Part shown: piece after piece, positions 54,715 to 64,000 of the stretch
Layout of the letters: each line of letters starts with the position of its first letter
How positions within the stretch are numbered: the stretch's first letter is position 1
Assembly: GCF_032444005.1 (NCBI RefSeq)
Contig: NC_091285.1
Location: 550,126,001 to 550,190,000, forward strand
DNA from: Ranitomeya imitator
Taxonomy: Eukaryota
DNA length: 64,000 nt
Reading direction: 5' to 3'
Position numbers and translations under genes: made by a program
The notes under the pieces: model-generated
Database searches by the model: none
What the model was told of the DNA's origin: nothing
The model's input: the letters and a program-made list of their open reading frames with translations, nothing else

Positions 54715-56643
54715 TAATACTTTGGGCCTGGTTATGACCTAGTGGTTAGGACAATAATGAACCTGGTGGTTAAGAGCACACGGAATGACCTGATAGTTAC
54801 TAATAATATAGGACGAGCTCTGAGACGTGGGAACTCTGCTGACCGCAATCCCCAATCCCGTCACACACACCAGAAACAGCCGTGGACTGCTCCCAACGCT
54901 CCCCATGCAACCCGCCACAACCTAAGGAACCAGCCAGCCCCGAAGACAGAAAAATAAAGCCTACCCTGCCTCAGAGAAATTCCCCAAAGGAAAAGGCAGC
55001 CCCCCACACACAATGACCGTGAGTAAAGATGAAAATTACAAACATAGAGATGAAATAGATTTAGCAAAGTGAGGCCCGACTTACTGAAGAGACTGAGGAT
55101 AGGAAAGGTAACTTTGCGGTCAGCACAAAAACTACAAAAAGACCACGCAGAGGGCGCAAAAAGACCCTCCGCACCGACTCACGGTGCGGAGGCGCTCCCT
55201 CTGCGTCCCAGAGCTTCCAGCAAGCAAGACAAGAATCAAAATAGCAAGCTGGACAGAAAAATAGCAAACAAGAGAAAAACAAGCAGGAACTTAGCTTCTG
55301 CTGGGAAGACAGGTCACAAGAACGATCCAGGAGTGAACTAGACCAATACTGGAACATTGACAGGTGGCATGGAGCAATGATCTAAGTGGAGTTAAATAGA
55401 GCAGCCAGCTAACGAATTAACCTCGTCACCTGTGGAAGGAAACTCAGAAGCCGCATCCCCACTCACAGCCACCAGAGGAAGCCCATGGACAGAACCAGCT
55501 GAAGTACCATTCATGACCACAGGAGCGAGCTTGACAACAGAATTCACAACACACCCCTATGGGAGGTGGAGCCGCATATTCATGACTGTAATCGGCGGCA
55601 CCGCTTGACCGCTGATACAGTAGGAGATGCGGCCAGGACAGCCAGCGAGGGAGCCGGGTGAGTATTTTCAGAACAGCGGGGGGGCGCACAGGGGGTGGGA
55701 GGGCGGGGGGCACATAGATCTTTATTTTAAACATAATTATTCATATCTTCTCTACAGCAAATGCTGCTGCAGGGAAGATATGAATCGCGGCTTCAGCACC
55801 AGTGGGGGGGACAGCGCTTAATGTAGCGCTGTCTCCTGCACGGCACACGGACTGCACACGGACAACGTCCGTGTGCGGTACGTGTTTTACACGGACCCAT
55901 TGACTTTAATGGGTCCGTGTAATACGTGCGCTCCCACGAACACTGACATTTCTCCGTGTTTGGCACACGGAGACACGGTCCGCAAAAAATCAATGACATC
56001 TGAACAGATGCATTGATTTTAATGCGTCTACGTGTGTCATTGGCTCCAGTACATGAGGAAACTGTCAGCTCATGTACCGGAGCCACTGACATGTGAAACC
56101 GGCCTTAGGCTGTGTGCTGTTGTTTCAATACAATGATTGCTTTATCACCAGAAGATTATCACTGTCTGGACTTTAGCTTGCATGAGTCCTGGTCCGACCA
56201 CGCCCCCTCCTCTGATTAGCAGCTCACTGTCAATATAGTGTACACAGAAAGCTGTAGCGTGGATGGAGTTAGCTTTATGAGCTCTGCTACATGCTATAGC
56301 TAAGAACTCGGATTGTATCATAACCCAGTAAACTAAGTGACGCATCACTGGATTCAGGATCTTTGTTCCTTCATTATGCTGCTCTCAGATGAGGTAGCAA
56401 AATCCTGGTGACAGATTACCTTTATTATTTAGGGATGAGACAAGAAAAACAATTTATTCTTCCACAATATCACAGTGCTGACTAATACTACTGAAAGATG
56501 AAATTTGCAACAAGAATTGCATTGCCATACAGGAGCCTCGCCAATGTGCATGAGCCTTTACAATCATTATAAGTCAATTAATTTTTACACTTTTATTCTA
56601 TGATGAATGTGCCAATAAAACAAGCATTTACATACATTATGAT

Positions 56644-56762
56644 TAGTGATGAGCGAGTGTACTCGTTGCTCAGGTTTTCTCGAGCACGCTCGGGTGATCT
56701 TCGAGTATTTGTTAGTGCTTAGAGATTTAGTTTCCGTTGCCTCAGCTGAATGATTTACAGCT
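56644..56762. mobile_element. left end of a hAT MITE (27968 family), truncated at the PLE
   Basis: TAGTGATGAGCGAGTGTACTCG... start. Right end not found. Confidence 0.7.
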
Positions 56763-57104
56763 GACCTATAATAAATTGCGCACCATAGAACTTCAATACC
56801 AAACTTTTTTTTTAAATTTTACTAGTAACTAACAACATGTAAAAAGTTATAAACACTGTCAATGGTAATGGTTCCAATAAACACAAAAACACCACAGACA
56901 AAGAGGCAATTGTATCACAAACTTACAGTATACTACCTAATGCCATAGTGAAGATTAACCCTGTGGATGATTAATATATCTTGCCATACAACGGCATAGG
57001 CATCCAAGGTTACCACCTATAGGTCAGTGAACAATCGGCGTAGTAGTTATACATAGTACCCTATTTATATAGTATCATTTACCTCTGGTCTGATGGTGCC
57101 AAGA

Positions 57105-57145
57105 CCCCAACGTGCGTTTCGGCTGCGTGTGCCTTCTTCCGGGGG
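57105..57145 (-). ncRNA. type I hammerhead-ribozyme-like motif with one core change
   Basis: CCCC-CGGAAGA-A-GGC/ACACGCA/GCC-GAAAC-GCAC-GTT-GGGG. U4 of CUGANGA is replaced by G. Confidence 0.6.
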
Positions 57146-57412
57146 AGTGGAATCATCAGATCCAGGCTTACGTTAAATAGTGCTGTGATCCAATAGAACA
57201 GTGGAAGATCCGCTGTGTCATAGAGCCGCCACCTTTAGCAATGCATGCGCTGTCCATCGCCGAGATGCCCGCGTCATCAGATGATAGCACCCATAAGACC
57301 GCCCCTTGAGTGATCACGTGAGCCCACCATCCAAGAGAGACGCCGATAACACCGCCGGGCACCATAGCGAGGGACGCGCATGCGCACAGGAGGAAGCAAT
57401 CAATGGAGCGCA

Positions 57413-58307
57413 ACAAGAGAAGATAGTATTCTGCTACAGATGGATCTGGATAAAATGGAAACTTGGGCTGAAAGGTGGCAGATGAGGTTTAACAATGATA
57501 AATGTAAGGTTATACACATGGGAAGAAGGAATCAATGTCACCATTACACACTGAATGGGAAACCACTGGGTAAATCTGACAGGGAGAAGGACTTGGGGAT
57601 CCTAGTTAATGATAAACTTACCTGGAGCAGCCAGTGCCAGGCAGCAGCTGCCAAGGCAAACAGGATCATGGGGTGCATTAAAAGAGGTCTGGATACACAT
57701 GATGAGAGCATTATACTGCCTCTGTACAAATCCCTAGTTAGACCGCACATGGAGTACTGTGTCCAGTTTTGGGCACCGGTGCTCAGGAAGGATATAATGG
57801 AACTAGAGAGAGTACAAAGGAGGGCAACAAAATTAATAAAGGGGATGGGAGAACTACAATACCCAGATAGATTAGCGAAATTAGGATTATTTAGTCTAGA
57901 AAAAAGATGACTGAGGGGCGATCTAATAACCATGTATAAGTATATAAGGGGACAATACAAATATCTCGCTGAGGATCTGTTTATACCAAGGAAGGTGACG
58001 GGCACAAGGGGGCATTCTTTGCGTCTGGAGGAGAGAAGGTTTTTCCACCAACATAGAAGAGGATTCTTTACTGTTAGGGCAGTGAGAATCTGGAATTGCT
58101 TGCCTGAGGAGGTGGTGATGGCGAACTCAGTCGAGGGGTTCAAGACAGGCCTGGATGTCTTCCTGGAGCAGAACAATATTGTATCATACAATTAGGTTCT
58201 GTAGAAGGACGTAGATCTGGGGATTTATTATGATGGAATATAGGCTGAACTGGATGGACAAATGTCTTTTTTCGGCCTTACTAACTATGTTACTATGTTA
58301 CTATGTA
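57413..58307 (+). mobile_element. 5'-truncated CR1 LINE
   Basis: Nearly identical to the reverse complement of the corresponding part of 48474-49795. Tail ACTATGTTACTATGTTACTATGT. Confidence 0.95.
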
Positions 58308-58899
58308 AGATTTCAGCATACCAAATACTAGCAGCTCATTCCATACTGGAATGTATGTAAACAAACCACTAATTGTAGAATATGGTCCTAACAAAACCCA
58401 TATTGCTTTGTTAAACATATATAAACATGTGCAAATACTCATACAAAATAAAAAATAAATAATTAATGCATAATGTGCCCCCCCAAAAACAAATTATTGA
58501 TATGACATATACAATCTAAACATGACATGAATACAATGTCATTATTAATATTACATATACAGTGTCCTCTACCACATGACCATTTATAATATTAATTACA
58601 TACATATAGATCTATACATTTGCAAGTGTCACATAAAATACACTATATATATTGCACATAATCCTACATAGTGAATAAATATATAAGACATACAAAACAC
58701 ATAAAAGTGCAAATATAGTGATGTTTTCAATCTTTGAAGCACCAATCTTCCTTATTCTGGCCAGAAGTCATCCACAATTCAGAAGGAAGAGAAAAAAACT
58801 GGTAGCTGAAATACAGCATGAATAAATTAAAATCATATAAAATACAATGAAATATTAAAAACCATGAAACCAATAGACAACCATATTAAGAACGACCAA

Positions 58900-60200
58900 T
58901 CACAGAAAAGGAGCAAAACTCAAAGTTTCATTTAAACCCCTCGGTTTGAGGGTACGCAGTTCCCAAATCCAGCGGGACTCTTTTTGGGCCAAGATGCGAC
59001 TAATATTTCCACCCCGTGGGTTCAACGGAACACAGTCAATGCCCTTTACCCGAAGGGCAGAAGGGTCACATGAGTGGTGCTGTTTAAAATGTCTAGGAAT
59101 ACACTTTTTAATAGTTCAAAATTTTCCTCCTCTTGAGCGGCCAAAATATCCCCAAGATGTTCCCTGACACGTACTTTCAGGGCTATTGTTGTTAAACCTA
59201 TATAGACTTTAGAACATGTGCAATAGGCATAGTAGACAACTGCACTCGTAGTGCATGTCATAGTATGCGTGATTTTAATGCTACGTCCATCAGATGATGT
59301 AAAGTCTATTGCCGTGTCTATATTGGGGCAAGCCACGCATTTCCCGCATGGTTTGCACCCCCACGAGGACTTAGGATATTGCCTCGCTAAAGAAGAGAAC
59401 AATTGAGGGTGCTCTTTTGGCACATAATGGCTTCTGACCAGCATGTCCCTCAAATTTTTCGATCTCCGGGCTGTAAGAGAAGGTTTTTGGGACAAGTACT
59501 GTTTCAATACTGGGTCCGCCAATAAAATCGGCCAATGTTTTTCTGCAATTTCAAAGAGCTTCCCCCATTGAGAGTTGTATGTCGTTACCAATCTTACCTG
59601 ATTACTTGCTGTTTGTTTGTGGCAAACAGAAGTTGATGTCGATCCATATTCCTAGCCCGATTATGTGCTCTTTTTATAGATCTTTTACTGTATCCCCTTT
59701 AAAAAAATCTTGCCTTTATTTCCCTTGCCTGGGATTCAAAATCAGCCATACTCGAACTTATCCTTCAAATTCGAATTAATTGGCCCACTGGTACTGCATT
59801 AACCACATGAGGTGGATGAGAGGAGCTGGCATGGAGAACAGAGTTAACCGCTGTATCCTTACGGAAGGCATCTGTGAGCAGGAGACCACTCAAGTCTCTC
59901 TTGACCAAAACGTCCAAAAATTCAATTTGTTGATGACTAAAATTATAAGACAAATGTATATTATAATCATTGTTTATTCAATGCCTGAAAAAAAGCATCA
60001 AGTTCAAGTGGTGTACCACGCCAGAACAGGAATATATCATCGATGTAGCGGGTCCAAAAAATGACCCGCTCCATCGACAAACCCCGATCCGACGTGAATA
60101 GATCCGACGTGAATACATTCGTACGGCAGTAGAGAGGATTAATTTGGTTGTGTTGACTAACGGTATGGTAGTCGTTACAGCAATCACTGCTTAACCAGCT
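58900..60200 (-). pseudogene. Penelope-like RT thumb and GIY-YIG endonuclease, frameshifted
   Basis: WTRYIDDIFLFW, IEFLDVLV, CGKCVAC, VVYYAYCTCSKVYIGLT...REH, and AQKESRWIWELRTLKPRGLNE. Confidence 0.92.
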
Positions 60201-60505
60201 CATGTCTCCAAATCAGGAACAGTGAGAGGGTTGTATTCTTCAATTAACTCACATCAAACAGTCTCAACCAAATGTATTTGCTAATGATGATTATTGGGAT
60301 AAGAGAACAGCTGCTCTAATTAGCTGACAATGGCAGCTCCAGACTAGAGGATCGGTCTTTAGGAACATGATGTAGAACTAATTAAAATGAAACACTCGCT
60401 AGGAGCGTTCTCCAAGGGTCCTTTTACACGGGAAGATAAATTGCTGAAATGAGAACTGATCTACACTATTAGCAACTCGTTAACATTCACAAAACTTGCG
60501 TTTAA

Positions 60506-61229
60506 AGGTACCGTCACACATAGCGACGCTGCAGCGATACCGACAACGATCCGGATCGCTGCAGCGTCGCTGTTTGGTCGCTGGAGAGCTGTCACACAGA
60601 CAGCTCTCCAGCGACCAACGATCCCGAGGTCCCCGGTAACCAGGGTAAACATCGGGTAACTAAGCGCAGGGCCGCGCTTAGTAACCCGATGTTTACCCTG
60701 GTTACCATCCTAAAAAGTAAAAAAACAAACGCTACATACTTACCTACCGCTGTCTGTCCTCGGCGCTCTGCTTCTCTGGTCTGGCTGTGAGCTCCGGGCA
60801 GCCAGAAAGCAGAGCGGTGACGTCACCGCTCTGCTTTCCGGCTGACCGACGCTCACAGCCAGAGCAGGAGGAGAGCAGAGCACAGCGCTGGAGGACAGAC
60901 AGCGGTAGGTAAGTATGTACTGTTTGTTTTTTTACTTTTAGGATGGTAACCAGGGTAAACATCGGGTTACTAAGCCCGGCCCTGCGCTTAGTTACCCGAT
61001 GTTTACCCTGGTTACCAGCAAAGACATCGCTGAATCGGTGTCACACACGCCGATTCAGCGATGTCTACGGGGAGTCCAGCGACGAAATAAAGTTCTGGAC
61101 TTTCTTCCCCGACCAGCGATCTCCCAGCAGGGGCCTGATCGCTGCTGCCTGTCACACTGGACGATATCGCTAGCGAGGACGCTGCAACGTCACGGATCGC
61201 TAGCGATATCGTCTAGTGTGACAGTACCT
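60506..61229. mobile_element. PIF/Harbinger-type palindromic MITE
   Basis: TAA flanks. TIR AGGTACCGTCACAC / GTGTGACAGTACCT. Nested GGTAACCAGGGTAAACATCGGGT inverted blocks. Confidence 0.85.
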
Positions 61230-61848
61230 TAAGTGTTACAATGATTGTATGTTTTTCATAATTGCAATAGTTTGTGTTTCCTCCTGCTTCCGTTACTAAA
61301 AAGCAGGTGCTAATTTACACCAGTGGATGTATGGCTACACATATTTACACTAGACAATAATTACGAATATTTCACTGAGTTAATGATTTTCTACTAATAA
61401 TCGCCATATGTAGAAGACGTTTAAGACAGATCACAATTATTACTAACATCCAATGGATCATTTTAAAATCTGTTTATGTTTTCAGTTCTTATTTTTTCAG
61501 TATTTATTTTTTTACTTCCTCAACAATAATACAATACACCTAAAAAAGATAGAAATATAAAAAAGTATATTCATTTACCAAACTCCCATTGTCGGCCGTA
61601 ACACTACCCAAGTGACGATCTTGCTAGAGAAAAAAAAAATTGTCTTCTCCAAGATGGAGCCTCAGATCTCCAATAGAAGCTACTGTGCAGGCGCGGCCGG
61701 CGCCATCTTGGAGTAGGTAAATTTTTTTTCTCTAGCAAGATGGTGCTGCTGGCGCCTGCACAATAGCAGCTATCGGCTCGCCGGCATGATTTTCAAACTG
61801 ATTTTTTTTTTAAGTGAATTTATAGATACCATCAAAGAAAATTATTAA

Positions 61849-64000
61849 TCCCTTTACCCCCAAGGGTGGTTTGCACGTTATGGACCGGGCCAATTTTTAC
61901 AATTCTGACCACTGTCCCTTTATGAGGTTATAACTCTGGAACGCTTCAACGAATCCCGGTGATTCTGACATTGTTTTCTCATAACATATTGTACTTCATG
62001 ATAGTGGTAAAATTTCTTTGATATTACCTGCGTTTATTTGTGAAAAAAACGGAAATATGGCGAAAATTTTGAAAATTTCGCAATTTTCCAACTTGAATTT
62101 TTATGCAATTAAATCACAGAGATATGTCACACAAAATGCTTAATAAGTAACATTTCCCACATGTCTACTTTACATCAGCACAATTTTGGAACCAAAATTT
62201 TTTTTTGTTAGGGAGTTATAAGGGTTAAAATTTGGCCAGCAATTTCTCATTTTTACCACACCATTTTATTTTAGGGACCACATCTCATTTGAAGTCATTT
62301 TGAGGGGTCAATATGACAGAAAATACCCAAGTGGGACACCATTCTAAAAACTGAACCCATCAAGGTTCTCAAAACCACATTCAAGAAGTTTATTAACCCT
62401 TCAGGTGATTCACAGGAATTTTTGGAATGTTTAAATAAAAATTAATATTTAACTTTTTTTCACAAAAAATTTATTCAGCTCCAATTTGTTTTATTTTACC
62501 AAGGGTTACAGGAGAAAATGGACCAGAAAACTTGTTGTACAATTTGTCCTAAGTACGCCGATACCCCATAAGTGGAGGTAAATCACTGTTTGGGCGCATG
62601 ACAGAGCTTGGAACTGAAGGAGCGCCATTTGACTTTTTAATGCAAAATTGACTGGAATAGAGATGGGACGCCATGTTGCGCTTGGAGAGCCACTGATGTG
62701 CCTAAACATTGAAACCCCCCACAAGTGACACCATTTTGGAAAGTAGACCCCCTAAGGAACTTATCTAGAGGTGTGGTGAGCACTTTGACCCACCAAGTGC
62801 TTCACAGAAGTTTATAATGCAGAACCGTAAAAATAAAAAATCATTTTTTTTCACAAAAATTATCTTTTTGCCCCCAATTTTTTATTTTCCCAATGGTAAG
62901 AGAAGAAATTGGAACCAAAAAGTTGTTGCACAATTTGTCCTGAGTACTCTGATACCCGATATGTTGGGGTAAACCACTGTTTGGGCGCATGGGAGAGCTC
63001 GGAAGGGAAGGAGCGCCGTTTGATTTTTCAATGCAAAATTCACAGGAATTGAGATGAGACGCCATGTTGCGTTTGGAGAGCCACTGATGTGCCTAAACAT
63101 TGAAACCCCCCACAAGTGACACCATTTTGGAAACTAGACCCCCTAAGGAACTTATCTAGATGTGTGGTGAGCACTTTGACACACCAAGAGCTTCACAGAA
63201 GTTTATAATGCAGAGTCGTAAAAATAAAACAAAAATTTTTTCCCACAAAAATTACATTTTAGCCCCCAGTTTTGTATTTTTCCGAGGGTAACAGGAGAAA
63301 TTGGACCCCAAAAGGTGTTGTGCAATTTGTCCTGAGTGCGCTGATACCCCATATGTGGGGGGGAAACACCGTTTGGGCGCATGGGATGGCTCGGAAGGGA
63401 AGGAGCGCCATTTGGAATACAGACTAAGATGGAATGGTCTGCAGGCGTCACATTGCGTTTGCAGAGCCCCTAATGTACCTAAACAGTAGAAACCCCCCAC
63501 AAGTGACCCTATATTGGAAACTAAACCCCCCAAGGAACTTATCTAGATGTGTTGTGAGAACTTTGAGCCCCCAAGTGTTTCACTACAGTTTCTAATGCAG
63601 AGCCGTGAAAAAAAAAAAAAATTCCCCCCAAAATTATTTTTTAGCCCCCAGTTTTGTATTTTCTCGAGGGTAACAGGAGAAATTGGACCCCAAAAGTTGT
63701 TGTCCAATTTGTCCTGAGTGCGCTGATGCCCCATATGTGGGGAGGAAACCACCGTTTGGGCGCATGGGAGGGCTCGGAAGGGAAGGAGCCCCATTTGGAA
63801 TGCAGACTTAGATGGAATGGTCTGCAGGCGTCACATTGCGTTTGCAGAGCCCCTAATGTACCTAAACAGTAGAAACCCCCCACAAGTGACCCCATATTGG
63901 AAACTAGACCCCCCACGAACTTATCTAGATGTGTTGTGAGAACTTTGAGCCCCCAAGTCTTTCACTACAGTTTATAACGCAGAGCCGTGAAAATAAAAAA
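61849..64000 (+). mobile_element. third copy of the piggyBac-like element (left end plus ~385-bp tandem units, running off the window)
   Basis: TTAA at 61845-61848, then TCCCTTTACCCCCAAGGGTGG, the reverse complement of the 13373 end. TATCTAGA landmark at 62762, 63153, 63540 and 63922. Confidence 0.9.

Larger units (their letters stand above)
48439..55551 (-). mobile_element. near-full-length chromodomain Ty3/Gypsy retrotransposon (chromovirus)
   Basis: Two ~820-bp LTRs (48439-50587, which includes the CR1 insert, and ~54730-55551). CACCCC duplicated on both flanks. Polypurine tract next to 50588. Confidence 0.95.
47995..56104. mobile_element. PIF/Harbinger element interrupted by an LTR retrotransposon
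   Basis: TTA TSD (47992-47994, 56105-56107). Halves are colinear with 41722-42735. Confidence 0.9.
47913..56421. mobile_element. T2/Kolobok-type MITE (outermost shell of the nested stack)
   Basis: GTAA plus AGGGAATCAGTCAG left end and GTGACAGATTACCT plus TTAT right end. The halves 47913-47994 and 56105-56421 rejoin across TTA. Confidence 0.65.
56763..60200 (-). mobile_element. 5'-truncated Penelope-like element interrupted by CR1
   Basis: RT and GIY-YIG remnants, AT-rich 3' region and a hammerhead-like motif. Confidence 0.8.

Overview
Eukaryotic vertebrate DNA, inferred to be from a large-genome frog based on the repeat families. It is almost entirely a layered graveyard of mobile elements, and most ORFs in the supplied track are antisense or minisatellite artefacts. 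Elements I can support with termini and target-site duplications (TSDs): (i) a non-autonomous TTAA-targeting piggyBac-like family carrying a ~385-390 bp internal tandem repeat and TTAGGG-like arrays, with three copies, one nested inverted inside another; (ii) two Tc1 elements, one a single nonsense codon from intact; (iii) a decayed hAT transposase and several hAT MITEs; (iv) many PIF/Harbinger and T2/Kolobok MITEs; (v) a near-complete chromodomain Ty3/Gypsy retrotransposon and three solo LTRs; (vi) two near-identical 5'-truncated CR1 LINEs; (vii) a Helitron 3' end; (viii) several Penelope-like (PLE) pieces, including GIY-YIG/RT fragments, hairpin insertions with 13-15 bp TSDs and degenerate hammerhead-ribozyme-like motifs. 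The most notable structures are a four-level nested insertion (47.9-56.4 kb), a transposon carrying telomere-like arrays, PLE ends that fall inside hammerhead cores, and a minus-strand exon-like segment split by a solo LTR. Candidate host exons on the minus strand could not be assigned to any known gene. I found no rRNA, tRNA or CRISPR array and no convincingly new protein-coding system. Coordinates were counted by eye and may be off by a few bases.
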